Of a DNA stretch of 64,000 nt, positions 1 to 13,105 are shown piece by piece. The notes below the pieces were generated by a model. It was not told where the DNA came from and ran no database searches. It worked only from the letters and a program-made list of their open reading frames with translations. Each line of letters begins with the position of its first letter. The first letter of the stretch is position 1. The position numbers and the translations under genes are program-made. The DNA is from Camelus dromedarius. Taxonomy: Eukaryota. Where the stretch lies: contig NC_087443.1 in the NCBI RefSeq assembly GCF_036321535.1, positions 77,934,001 to 77,998,000 on the forward strand, given 5' to 3'.

Positions 1-1309
1 GACCTCTCACCCTGAACCCACGTGATGGGGCGTGAGCCCAGTGGACAGTAGGGGTCTCCCCGGGAGTGACTGCCACAGAGGGAGGGCTAGCAGGACCTCA
101 GTGACACACGGGAATGACTGCAAAGTGCACAGCTGTACCTCGGCAAACCAAACCAAGTGCATTTCCGGCTCAGCATCCCTCTAGTCCTGCGCTGGGAATA
201 CCCGTTCCTGCGGCACACTGTCCCCGGGGCGGTGGGCGGAGGGGAGGGTGCAGTGGGAAGAGGGGCTCTGCTGACAGCCTGGAGTCCAAACAAGGTGCGA
301 CAAGAAAGTGTCTCACCATGTGCACACGTTGCAGGGGCCCCTCGCTGAGCCTCGGAAGGCGCCACACAGATGAAAGAGCAACCCCAAAGATTTTTAAAAT
401 TTTTCATTTGTTTTCTATTTATTTTTTAAATTAAAGCGAGAGACCCCAAGGATTTAGGCTTCATCCGCTTTATAGTAAATGTCTCTCTGTGTCTAATTAT
501 TTCACAGCTTAGGGACCCCCACCCCACCAAAATATTTAGTAAATACGGGTTCGGCTGGACAACATCGTCTCTTGGGCTGATGCCACATCCAGGATCCCTC
601 CTGTGCGCCACCTCGGGGCCAGGGAAGCGCTCCCCGTCAGGCTGCCTCTGCCTGCTGCAGGCCTTGGCCCCAGTTTGCCTAAACGTTTGTGTAAACGAGG
701 TGCCTTAGACCAGCCTTGAGTTCGGGGAGCAAAGCCGAACTATTTTCTGTGACAGGAGAAGACCCTTTAATGACCAGTCCTGGTGATGAGCCAGGAACCC
801 CACTTTAAGGGCCCCTTGGACTGGGGTGCCAGGGCCCCCTGCTCTGCAGGGCGGGCTCCTGGTTTGCATCAGGCTCTCTGGCTGAAGGGGCGTCTCCTGG
901 GGAGAGGCGGCCACACTGGCCTGGCCTGAGGGCTTTGGTGATTTTCAGACTTTGCTCTCCACACCCTTTAAGTAGAAGGGAGCTGCCTCGGGGCCATCTG
1001 GGGGATCTGGGAGATTGTGTGGGCATCTTCAGACCCCTACCACCTGCTTTTTCACCAGATCAGCTCTGTTTCTGTCTTGTGTATTGGGATCCTATAGGTG
1101 AATTTGTTTGCAGAGTGAGTTCCACTGCAGGGGAGAAACTCATGGTGACAATGTGGATTCTGGGTTCTGGACAATGAGCAGCTTGTTGAAAGTTCTGAAC
1201 TTTGCTCTGAGATCCAAGCCCAAGGCAGCAGCAGAACCAGAATGCCTCTTGGTGTTAATCTGTGTTTTGTCATTTCATGGGGAGTCACACCCCGAAGATC
1301 CGACATAGC

Positions 1310-1520
1310 TCTATGGCTAAGAACTCTGGAGTCAGACAAACTTGGGTTCAGCCACCTCTGGGCAAGCGACCTCCCCTCTGCTCTAGGAGGACTCTTCTCC
1401 GAGGCAAGGGTCCTGCCCTCCTCCTCTGGTGTCTGTGAGCCTGAAATGAAATTGTGGCCCCAAATCACTTAGCACAGTGTCTGGCCCCACATAAATGCTC
1501 ACGTAAACTTCAGTATTGTC
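1310..1520 (+). mobile_element. MIR SINE remnant
   Basis: ctctggagtcagac...ctgggttc core and cttagcacagtgtctggc...taaatgctc 3' end. Confidence 0.7.
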
Positions 1521-1855
1521 ACGACGGTTTTGTTATGGGGTGAGAAGAGTAAAATTCCTCTTATGGAATCAAGAATTTTTAGATAAAATTGATATAATTT
1601 GACATTCCAGAAGAATTTTAATACTTAATGGATTTTTTGTCCCCCTGTGCTGGGAAAAATGGATTTTTAGTTTAAAAAGATAGGGAAAGGAAAACTAATT
1701 AGTTGAGCATCTATTTAACTAAGAGTGAAAGTTTGAAAAGAACAATTGCCTGGAATAACGTTAGCCAAAATCACTGGAATTATTTTCATCAGTTGCTTTG
1801 CTTGATGAAGAATTTCTGTGAAAAGCTTGTAATACTCATATTTGATGCAACTATC

Positions 1856-1942
1856 TTCTTTTTTAACAGAGGTACTGGGCTTTGAACCCAGGACCTCGTG
1901 CATGCTAAGCATGGGCTCTACCACGGAGCTATACCCACCCCC
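1856..1942 (-). mobile_element. tRNA-Ala-derived camelid SINE (Vic-1-like)
   Basis: reverse complement reads ggggtgggtatagctccgtggtagagcccatgcttagcatgcacgaggtcctgggttcaaagcccagtacctc plus an A-rich tail. Confidence 0.85.
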
Positions 1943-2063
1943 CAAATCCCAACTATTTTATTTTTCATGATGATTTAATAAAAATCCAGTTATATGCTTC
2001 ATATCAAGTAATTATTTAGCTCCCAAACAAAATCAAGTTTCTTCGCAGTAAGAAAAAATATAC

Positions 2064-3007
2064 GACAGACCTAAACAAGGAGTTCTCCGAGGAAGATGTA
2101 CAAATGGTCAATAGGCACACGAAAAATGCTCAATATCACTAATTATCAGAGAAATGCAAATCAAAATCACAATGAGGTATCACCTCACACTAGTCAGAAT
2201 GGCCGTCATNNNNNNNNNNNNNNNNNNNNNNNNNNNNNNNNNNNNNNNNNNNNNNNNNNNNNNNNNNNNNNNNNNNNNNNNNNNNNNNNNNNNNNNNNNN
2301 NNNNNNNNNNNNNNNNNNNNNNNNNNNNNNNNNNNNNNNNNNNNNTTACCATATGACCCAGGAATCCCACTCCTGGGCATATATCCAGAAGGAACCCTAT
2401 TTCAAAATGACACCTGCACCCCAATGTTCATAGCAGCACTATTTACAATAGCCAAGACATGAAGACAGCCTAAATGTCCATCAACGGATGACTGGATAAA
2501 GAAGGGGTGGTATATTTATACAATGGAATACTATTCAGCCATAAAAACCGACAACATAACACCATTTGCAGCAACATGGATGTTCCTGGAAAATGTCATT
2601 CTAAGTGAAGTAAGCCAGAAAGAGAAAGAAAAATACCATATGAGATCACTCATATGTGGAATCTAAAAACAAAATAAAACAAAACAAAACATAAATACAA
2701 AACAGAAACAGACTCATAGACATAGAATACAAACTTGTGGTTGCCAAGGTGGCAGGGGGTGGGAAGGGACAGACTGGGATTTCAAAATGTAGAATAGATA
2801 AACAAGATTATACTGTATAGCACAGGGAAATATATACAAGATCTTATGGTAGCTCACAGCGAAAAAAATGTGACAATGAATGTATATACGTTCATGTATA
2901 ACTGAAAAATTGTGCTCTACACTGGAATTTGACACAACATTGTAAAATGATTATAAATCAATAAAAAATGTTAAGAAAGAAAGAAAGGAAGGAAGGAAGG
3001 AAGGAAG
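2064..3007 (+). mobile_element. 5'-truncated young L1 (ORF2 C-terminus + 3'UTR)
   Basis: MQIKITMRYHLTLVRMAV...LPYDPGIPLLGIYPE = L1 ORF2; tail decayed to (GAAA)/(GGAA) at 2975-3007; short flanking duplication aatatac at 2057 and 3008. Confidence 0.92.
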
Positions 3008-3782
3008 AATATACAGCAGCAGTGGGGTTCCTGGGAGGCAGAAGTGAAGTGGGGGGACTATATCGAAAATTCAAAGAATTGAAGGTTTTCAAAGTTTTCT
3101 ATTGAAATGAACTACAACCAATCACCCTGGATATGGCGAAATGCCATCTGAGGCCACATTCTTATTTACTCACATTTTTAAGTTAGAATCAGGAGGAAAA
3201 TGGAGGCTGATATAAATAACTTTGCTGAATAACAGTTTGGTGACAAGGTGTTTGTTCTTAACAAGAATGCAAACACTGAATACAGAATACATATTAATAG
3301 CCCTTGAAGCTTAAAGCAGTATCTTTATGGTACATTTTTTTTAGGGTGGAAGGAGGCAACAGCTAAGACGAGGACTGAATATATTTGAAGGGGGATTCAA
3401 AGTGACGTTTATTGAGGACTGCACTTTAAGAAAAGCAAAAACATCATGGGCTTTCTTAAAAATTATATAGAAAATATGATTTATTGGAGATATCCCTTGC
3501 TTGCGTGCCCTAATATGAAGCCTCCATATCGAATGCAAGTTACGCTAGTACAGAAAATGGAAAGGAGCAGTCAGATTTACTGTTACGCGTGAGCATGAAT
3601 AATTTTAATTTTTATTGCCTTCCCACTTCAAATCAAGTTAGAGTTGTTTACTTTTGACCAAAGGCTCTTGTTGGGTTTACAGAAAATATAGCAGAGTATA
3701 GGAAAAGTGATATATTTATTGTATATGTTTGTAATTGTGTAAAGTAATCAAAGTACTAATTTATTTATTTATTATGGATTTA

Positions 3783-4042
3783 GTTTAAAAATTTTTATTG
3801 AAGTGTAGCTGGTTTACACTTAGTTCAGGTGTACAGCGAAGTGATTCAGTTTTATATGTATACATACATATATATTTTTTCTTTTCAGAATCTTTTCCAT
3901 TATAGCTTATTACAAGAAATTGAATAAAGTTCCCTGTGTTATCCAGCAGGTCCTTGTTGTTTATCTGTTTATAAATGACAGCCCCTAATTTGTCCCTCCC
4001 CACCCCTTCCCCTTTGGTAACCATAGTTTGTTTTCTATGTCC
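3783..4042 (-). mobile_element. L1 3' end fragment
   Basis: tttttattgaagtgtagctggtttac...ggtaaccatagtttgttttctatgtc, typical of an artiodactyl L1 3'UTR. Confidence 0.8.
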
Positions 4043-4954
4043 AGTAATAATTTAAAAGTTACAATTAAGAATTTTAAATAAATTTAAAGTTATAGTTTAG
4101 TAATTATAAGAGTTAAATAACTGTGTGATAATCTGTGGGTATGTTCATTTAGTGATTTCAGTGACCAAGAAGGGACTCACTCAGGCTCCTTGAGAAAATA
4201 TTTGACAAGCTAGAGGGAAGATCATTTTAGTAGAGAATTCAGACGGAGAGATGTGAGCTCACTATACACTTGGATAAGGGTGAGTCCTGGCAGGACAGAA
4301 CGTCTCACGGTCTTTCTCTAAATAAAGCCGCACCATTTTACATTGCGCACGAGAACCTTGCACTCGTGTTCTTCCATCTCCCATACCCCTGGCACTGTTG
4401 TTCTCGTGTATTTTTCTTCTTTATATCCTATTACACTTCTGTAATTTTTACTGTAGGCAGACAGTCCCGTTTGTATTTCCCCACACATCTACCATTTTTC
4501 GCGTTCTTTATTCCTTTTGCAGACCCAGGGCTTCATCTCGTGTCGTTTCTCTCCTGCCTGAGAAACTTCCTTGAACATTTTTCATAATTCGGGTTTGCTG
4601 GTGATGAATTCTCTCAGCCTGTGTGTACCTAAAGAAGCCTTTGTTTTGCTTTTATTTCTTAAAGAGACTGTCACTGGGTGAAGAAATCCATACTTCAAGG
4701 GCGTCTCGGCACAGTGATGGGCTCACGCGCTTCTGAGGAGAGGTCTGCTGTCAGTCTTGCCTTTGTTCTTCTGTCCTTAATTCTTTTTTGTCCTACGGCT
4801 GCTTTAAAGATTTTTCACTGAATTTCAACAATCAGATTAAAATGCTATTTGGCAGGGTTTTCTTAAATTTATTCTGTTTGGGGTTCTTGCAGTTCTAGAT
4901 CTGTGGGTTTATACTCTTCATCAAATTTAGGAAACTTTTGGCTTTTTTTTTTTG

Positions 4955-5330
4955 GCCTAAAACAACGGAAATTTATTGCCTCACAGTCCTGGGGGCTTTG
5001 CTGCCCCTGCAGCCATAGGGGAGGGTCCTTCCTTGCCCCTTCCAGTCTCAGGCGTTTTCCCGGCACCTTGGGCCCCTTGGCTTGGAGATGCAGCACTTGA
5101 ATCTCTGCCTCGGTTGCCAGGTGGCGTTGTCCCTGTGTCTGTCTGAGTCTCTCCTTAATAGGACATCAGTCATATTGGAATTCGGTCCCACTCTAGTCCA
5201 TTATGACCTCATCTTAACTAATTACATCTGCAACTACCCTATTAGCAAGTAAGATCACGTTCTGAGGCCCTGGGGGCTTAGGACTTCAACGTACCTTCCA
5301 TGAGGGTACGCGACTCAACTCATAACACGG
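4955..5330 (-). mobile_element. MLT1 (MaLR) LTR
   Basis: aaacaacggaaatttattgcctcacagtcctgg and gacctcatcttaactaattacatctgca hallmark motifs. Confidence 0.8.
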
Positions 5331-5849
5331 AGAGAATTGAAGACGTAGGTCAAAGAGAGTCCTGAGTTTAGTTTCCTATAAGAAAAATAGAAACGCTAAA
5401 GTCAATGAGCAGAATTAAGTGGCGTGTGACGGTCAGGTTCAGTGCTTTGTATTTCCAGCTGATTTCCCGACATTTAGGAACTCTTTCCACGAGCCCTTTT
5501 CTTCACCAGCTGCTGTGGTGGTGATGCGCTGCCTGTGTGTGCTGATTTCTGCTGCATTTCTAAGGATTTACAATAATGAACATCACCAGTAGTGGAAACA
5601 AGAGTGATAAGGAGTTTCCTACACAAAATTGTTGTGATTATATCAATTTGGGAAAATAAGAAATGAAAGATTGGATGAATACGTTCCGTTTTAGAACATT
5701 ATGTTAAACATACCAGTTCAAATAAGTGTGCTGCTGCTGGTCAGCACGGCCCGGCCATGAAGATGCAGAAGTGAGATTAAACCGTCGAGCCAATAATGGC
5801 CCTCGCATCTCTGAGCAGGTCTTAAAAGCATGGCTATTATTTCTTTAAA

Positions 5850-8800
5850 TAATTTTCTGTCTCCCTTTTCTCCTCTCCTTCTTAAACTGCAATCACACGT
5901 GTGTCAGACTATTGTTCTTCAACTGTTAATTCTAGTTTTTTTTTCTCTCTCTATGCTTTATTTTATCGATTTTCTTTATTGCTGTGTCTTCTAGTTTATT
6001 GATATATTTTTCTGCCACGTATAATCTGCTGTTAATTCTACGCAGTTTTTCATTTTAGACTGAATCTTTCACTTCAGGCAGTTCCAGTTAGCTGTGTTGA
6101 TGTCTCCTGCTCCGTCCTCATCATGCTCATGTTTTTGTTTATCTTCTCGGACACACAGAGCACAGCTATGGTGGGTAATGTGCTGGTTTATGAATTCCAT
6201 CACCTCTGTCATTTCTGGGTCCATTTTCGCTGATTTTTTTTCCATTATAGGCCTTATTTTTTGTTTGTTTGCATATTGGTGATGTCTTTCCTAAAATAAA
6301 ATTTACTTTTTTAATCACAGTTTAGATTTCAAAAAAAAATCACAAAATAGTACATGTTCCCACATAACCCACACCAGTTTCCCCTGTTGTTAACATCTTA
6401 CATGAATATGTACATTTGTTACAAGTTATGAACCAATGTTGATATGTTATCAACGAAAGCCCATACTTGATTCAGATTTCCTCAGTTTTTGCCCAATGCC
6501 CTTCCTTGTTCTGTCCCACGATCCCATCCAGAGTACCCCGTCACACTTAGTTTCCACGCCTCCTCGAATTCCTCTTGGCTGTGACAGTTTCTCAGACTTC
6601 TCCTGTTTTTGATGACCTTGGCGGTTTAGAGGAGCACTGGTCAGGTGTTTTGTAGAATGTCTTTCAGTTGAGATTAGTCTGATGTTTTTCTTATGATTAG
6701 GTTGAGTTCATGGGTATTTGGACCGAAGGCCACAGAGGTGAAAATGCCGTACTCATTACACTGAATTCAGGACACATACCGTCAGCACGACTGAGCGCTA
6801 TGGATGCAAACATTTCAGTCACCTGGGTGCGGTCGTGCTGTCAGGTTTCTCCGTGATAAAGTTACTCTTTCCCCCCCTTTCCTGACTGAGTTCTGCGTGC
6901 AGCCCACATAGAGAGAGGAGTTATGCTCTACCTCCTCAAGGGCAGAGTATCTCCGTAAATTATTTGTGATTCTCCTGCATAGATTTTCCTCTTACCTCAC
7001 ATTTCTTATTTATTTACTTCTTTATTTATGTTAGTATGGACTCATGGATATATATGTTATACTTTGAGTTATAGTCCAGTGCTAAATCTACTTCATCGCT
7101 TGAATGTGCCAGCTTTGATAATTGGAATTTTTTTTTCCTTCAGATTTTTGACTCCTGTGTCCCTTTGACATTCTCATGACAGTGGGCTTTTTGTTTGTTT
7201 GTTTTTTTAGAAGCATTAACTTGTTTTCTGGCACTGTATCTCAGGCATCTCATTCTTACCTGTTTCCTGCCCCACTTTTAGAATCAACCCTTTCCCCAAG
7301 GAGTCCTCTTCTTTTTAATTGAAGAGTGGTCTTAGAAACCAAGATCTCAGTGCTAGGTAAGCTTGCTGCTGTTGGCGTGTCTTTGCTTTTAGACCCCCTC
7401 AGCTGACAGGGCAAGGAAATATATGAGGGTATACACTTACACCTAATAAATATTTGTGTGTGTCATTTAAGCTAAACATGCATTTATATGGATGTCCCTA
7501 CCTGTGAGTCATTAACACGTGGCTCCTTCTAGCCTATTCTCCCTGCTTGCTCTCTGTCAACACCCACTCCAACAGTGAGAAATCTGGCTCCTACCATCTG
7601 CCATCCATTTACCGCTTGGTCAGCTCCAGTATCCATGCGCATCCATACCAGGATGTTAACCTGTGTCCCTGTGGGAAATGACGTCATCCACTAGAGTGTA
7701 GCGCTTGGGTACCCTTTACTTTGACCTTTACTTTTAGAGACTCTGCTTATTCCCATGGTTACTTAGGGCAGAACCTTCTCCCCCTGCCTCTCAAAGGGGT
7801 GGTTTCATACATTTTTAATGGAGTTGGATTGTTCTGTATTCCACCTTGGGATTCTGCACCACCTTAATGATTTTTTAAAATTTGCATACATTAAGCTTCA
7901 CTCTCTGTGCCATAAATTTCTACGGTTTCTGACCACTATGTAGTGTCATATGTCTACCTTTTAGTGTCATGAGAGTTTCACAGCCCTAAAAAAAGCCCAA
8001 TGTTTCACCTATTCATCCCTCCTCCTCTCACCTGGAACCTCTGGCGACTATCTTTTTACTGTCTCCGTAGTTCTNNNNNNNNNNNNNNNNNNNNNNNNNN
8101 NNNNNNNNNNNNNNNNNNNNNNNNNNNNNNNNNNNNNNNNNNNNNNNNNNNNNNNNNNNNNNNNNNNNNNNNNNNNNNNNNNNNNNNNNNNNNNNNNNNN
8201 NNNNNNNNAACATTCCGTTGCAGGGCTGTGTACCACAGTTTCTTTCTCCACTGAAAGGCCTATTGTTTCTAGTTTTTGGCAGTTTTGAACAAAGCTGTCG
8301 TAAACATTATCATGCAAGTTTTTGGGTAAACATACGTTTTCAAATCAACTGGGTAATTAGCTCCGTGCATGATTGCTGAATCAAAGGAAAAGACTATGTT
8401 CAACTTTGTGAAGAAAACTGCCAAACTGTCTTCCAGAGTGGATGTGCCCCTTTGCATTTCCACCAGGAACGAGTGCGGATTCCTGCTGTTCTGCGTCTTG
8501 GCCGGCATTTAGTATTGTCAGGCGTCTGGATTTCGGCCATTCTGATGTATCGGGTGCAGGGGTGTCACGTTGTTGTTTTAATCTGCCATTCCCTGATGAT
8601 GGATGATGGTGAGCGTCTTTTCACGTGCTGATTTTCCGTCTGGGTATCCTCCTTGGTGAGCTAGCCATTCAGCGCGTCTGCCAATTTCTTAATTGGGTTG
8701 TTTCCCTATTGTTGAGTTTTAAGGATTCTTTCTGTGTTTTGGATACAAGTTCTTCATCCAGCGTATGTCTTACAAATATTTGCAAAATGCTTGATTGCTT

Positions 8801-9500
8801 TATTGGTAAATATGTTTGTTTCCTTCTTGCTCCTGAAGGGAAGTTTTCCTGAGCACGCAGTTCTAGGCCGACAGCTACTTTTGCTTTTCTCTTTGAAGAC
8901 AGTACTGTGTTGCTTCCGGCTCCCACTGTTGCTGAGGAACTCTGCCGTCATCCTGATGTGCCTTCGTGAGGGACGAGTGCCTCCTCTCTGGTCACCTTGG
9001 GGTCTGTCCTCGCCTTTGATGTTCTGTTGCTTCGTTTTTCTGTCTAGGCTTGTTCCTCCTTTCATTCATCCTGCTGGGAGTGTGTTCTGCTCCCTGAAGT
9101 TGTGAGTTCATTTTTTCAATTAGCTGTGGCACGTTTCCAGGGATTTTCCTTTCAGTGTCGCCTCTCCCCCATTCTCTTCATTCCTCCTTTCTGGCCCTCT
9201 GATTCAATAAACATTAGATCGTCTCATTCTGTTAACCTTTGTTTCATATATTCAGCCTTTGCTTTATAAATCAGGTAAGTTCTTCAGGTGTATAATATCT
9301 CTTCATCTCTGCTTACTTGGCCATTTAACCCACCTACTTAGTTTTTTTATTTCAACAATTTAATTTTCATTTCTAAAGTTTCTATTTGCTTTCTTCCTCA
9401 GGTATCTTTGGTCATTCTTCCTAGTTTTTTGGGAATTTTTTTAAAAAAACTTTTGTACATAATTCTTGGATATTCTGAATCCAACAATTTGAACCTCTTC
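5850..9500 (-). mobile_element. Old L1M (L1MC-like) composite fragments
   Basis: L1MC-type 3' end from ~6290 (cagtttagatttc...gttaacatcttaca) and degenerate ORF2-like text at 8209-8800; boundaries approximate. Confidence 0.7.
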
Positions 9501-9520
9501 AGTTCTTGGAGAGTGTTTTT

Positions 9521-10056
9521 AAGTGTAGCCTTTATTATTATTTAGGTTACTCAGGTGTGATGAGGTGGACAGACCAGGAGACGACAGCAGTTGAAAAGCT
9601 AGTCTGTCACAGTTCCTGAGAGGAGGGGGCCCACCCTGTGGGGTGTGGATGTGGGGGCCACAGGGAGGTGCTTGGAGGCAGAGTGAACCAGGGGAACTGT
9701 GGACAGGAGCCTTGTTGTGGTCTCTGTGGGAAAGGCAACACCAGGCAGAGTGAGCAGGTTTAAGATTGGCTAGTTTGAGTAATTTCCCCAGGCCCTGGGG
9801 CACCGGGGCTGTTTCTCGCTGTGGGGTAATTGATTCTGGGTGGTTAGGGCAGGGATGTTGGCATGGAGTTTTAGAGTCAGTGGAGGAGGTGGGAGCGGGT
9901 GTGGGCTGTGGATTGGTTATTTTTTCACACGAAAGGTGCACTGGAGGGCGAATTGAGTGTCTCCAGGAATTGGCCAGCCCTGGGAGAGGCAGTCTCCCTG
10001 GGGTCAGTAAGGCCCTAGATGTCAAAACATCAGAATGAAAGGCCCTGGTTACTACA
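9521..10056. mobile_element. Solo ERV LTR (family unassigned) inserted in old L1
   Basis: TG...CA-bounded ~535-nt block with LTR-like text (aggtttaagattggctagtttgagtaatttcc). Confidence 0.55.
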
Positions 10057-10452
10057 AGGGCCTGTGTCTCAGACTCCATGAGCTTTCTTTCCTTCCTTTG
10101 TGTTTTGTGATCTTTGATTCTAACTTCTGTGGCTGAGTTGGGGAATCTTCCCTTCAGAGAGCATTTGCTTTGCCCTGGGGGTAGTCGAGGGGCTTGCTGG
10201 AACCACGGCCACGTAGGTGGAGCCCCTGGACACCCGCTCAGAGAGGGAGTCTCTGGCTCAGCTGCTGCTGCTGTTCCCCAAGGTCAATGTCCCAGCAGAT
10301 ATTGGGTTACGCTGGCCCTGTGGTTCCCTTATGTCCTGCTGCCTACAGGTCAGGTCAGCTCTGGTTCTCCACTGCTCTGACTCCCGGCTTCTCTGACCCT
10401 GGTTCTCTGTCTCTGTAGATTGCTTGGTTTCTGTTTTCTGGGTGTTCCTGCA

Positions 10453-10950
10453 TGGGCAGATCTCAGAGATGTTGTGGGGTCAGTTCTAGACTACTGCAAT
10501 AAAGCAGGTATCACGATAAAGTGAGTTACATGAATTTTTTTGTTTTCTCCAGGCGTATAAAAGTTATATGTAGACAACACTGTAGTATATGAAGTGTGCA
10601 ATAGCATTATGTCTAAAAAACAATGTACATGTCTTAATTAAAAAATACTTTATTGCTAAAAAATGCCAACCATCATCTGAGCCTTCAGAGTCATCGTAAT
10701 GTCAAAGATCACTGATCACAGATCGCTGTAGCAAATATAGTAATAATAGTGAACATTTAAAATAGTACAAGAATTATCAAAATGTGACAGAGATGAGAAG
10801 TGAACCAATGTTGTTTGAGAAAATGACACTGATAGATTTGCTCAATGTAGGGGTTGCCACAAACCTTCAGTTTGTTAAAAAACAAAAAGTCAAAAAACCA
10901 AAACAATATCTGTGAAGTACAATAAAGCCAAGTGTGATAGGAAGGAGGGA
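10453..10950 (-). mobile_element. Internally deleted Tigger1 DNA transposon (Tigger1a_Art-like)
   Basis: both Tigger1 termini recognisable (gagatgttgtggggtcagttctagactactgcaataaagc... and ...gggttgccacaaaccttcagtttg...aataaagc) with the interior missing. Confidence 0.8.
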
Positions 10951-11239
10951 GGGGGTAACTGTACTGACTTTTGGGACGTCAAGGCACAGGTTACTGCTCC
11001 CTCTGGTTCCTGATTGACCTGAACCCTGCTTATATTTAAAATTTTTTTATGGGAGGAGGTAGTGAAGAGGTGGGTGGTCTCAGGATAGTTCTTCTACTTT
11101 TGGTGAGACCAATAATGTCTCAAGGGATGCGTCCCACCCTGGCTTTAATTGTTGTGGAGTGGAGGGTCCTTCAGAGAGTATGACAGTTTCTGGTGCCTGA
11201 ATCTGATGCCTCATCATGACCTGTTCTGCTGACTCCTGG

Positions 11240-13105
11240 CCCTAACTAACCACCATGCTGTTTCCACCTGAATCACTTCGCTTGCTTCCTGGCTGGTCTC
11301 CTGCTCCTGCTCTCACCTCACTTGTGTCCATTTTCAATATGGCAGCCAGAACCTAGGTCAGATCGTGTCACCCCTCTACTGAGAATCTTATAATAACTTT
11401 CCATCTCATGCAGAGCAAAAGTCACATATTTTAGAGAGACTCAAAGGCTCTCGATAGCACTGTCCCTGCCCCGCTGTCCCCCTGCCCTCCTCCTCCCTCA
11501 CCCTTGACTACTCCCACTCATGGTCCTGTGCTATCCTGGCCTCCTTGTGGTTCAGGGCCCGTGCTGGGCTTGCTCCTGCCTCAGAGCTTCTGCCTTGGTG
11601 GTGCCCTTCCTCCAGACACCTGTGTGGCTTGTCCTCTCAGCTCTGTCAGCCGTTGACCCAAAACTCACCTCCTCAGTGAAGCCTTCCTCTCCCACCCCAA
11701 CCTAGAACTGCAGCCAGCCCTGCCCTCCCTATTCCCACTCCCTGCTCTATTTTCTTTCCTTAGCACTTCATATCATCTTACCTACCATGTACTTTCTCCT
11801 TTAAAAATCAACTTTATTGAGACATAATTTACATATAATAAGATGCACCTATTTTAGGCGCACAGTTAGATGAGTTTTGACAAATGCGTTCACCGGTGTA
11901 ACCACCACAGCAGTCAAGAGAGAGGGCATTTCTATCACCCAAACTCCCCCAGGTCCTGAGCCAGCTTTGGTCCCTGCTCTGGGCAACCACAGATCTGCTT
12001 ACTGTCAGTATCGATGTTTGTCTTCTGTAGAACGTCGTGTGAATGGAGTCAGCCTGCGTGAACTCTGATGTCTGGCTTCTGTTCTTCAGCATAATGCTTT
12101 TGAACTTCATCTACATAATGGCATTAGTAATGGCAACAGTGCTGTAACTAGTCATTAGTTACTGTGAATTAACTGATCACTTTTATTGCTGAGTGGTATT
12201 TTATTGTATGGCTATACCACAGTTTATTCATTTACATGGTGATTGGCATCTGGTACCTTCAGGTTTTACTGATTACAAATAAAGCCACTCTGAACATTCA
12301 TGGACAAGTCTTTGTGTGGACATATGTTTCGCTTACTTTGGGCGAGTATCTGCAGGTGGAGTTGCCTGCTAGCTGCACGAGTCAGTGTTCAAGTGTTTTA
12401 GAAACCGCCAAACAGTTATCTAAAGTGATGGCTCAGTTTTGGATCTCTGCCAGGGACATTCGAGTTAAAATTGTTCTGCCTCCTCACCAACACTGGCTGT
12501 CCTCAGTCCATCTTATTTTTAGGCATTCTGGGCATCTCCTTGTCATTTTAACTTGCATTTCCCTGATGACTAGTAACACTGAACGTCTTTTCCCGTCCTC
12601 ATCAGCCATTTGTAAATCTTCTTTTGTGAAGTGTCATTTCTCTTTTTCTGCTTGTTTTTTTAACTTGTGTCTCTCCCTGTTACTGCCTTGCAATATATGA
12701 ATAATTATATTTTGGACACAAGTCTTTTGTTAGATATATGTATCATGAATATTTTCTCCCATTCTGTGTATCACCTTTTAATTTTATTAATGGTGATTTT
12801 CAAAGAGCAGAGGCTTTTAATTTTGTTGAAACTCAACTTACAATTTTTTCACTTTAATGGCTAATGCTTTCTGGTGTCCTGTGTAAGAAATCTTTGTGTG
12901 GTCTGCGGTGCTAAAGACTTCTCCTCACATCCAGTGTATTTTGCTTATTTGTTTTGCTTAGTGTCTTTTCCCCCCACCCATCAAAACAGACTCCTTGAGG
13001 CAGGGATTTTTGTTGGATTTGTTTATTGCTGAATCCCCAGTATCGTGTCAGCGCATGGTTCATAGCAGTTTCTCAGTAAGTGTTTACTGGATGAATAGAT
13101 GTATG
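11240..13105 (+). mobile_element. L2 remnant split by an antisense L1MB-like insertion (~11802-12925)
   Basis: L2 body 11240-11800 and L2 3' end 12960-13105; the L1 3' end actttattgagacataatttacatat lies between. Confidence 0.7.

Noticed and set aside
1869-1942. tRNA-Ala(AGC)-like sequences (also 33729, 43855, 45250)
   Set aside because: Diverged stems, A-rich tails and TSDs show they are SINE heads, not tRNA genes.
9519-10079. 186-aa minus ORF
   Set aside because: Lies within an LTR-like repeat; no gag/pol/env motifs.
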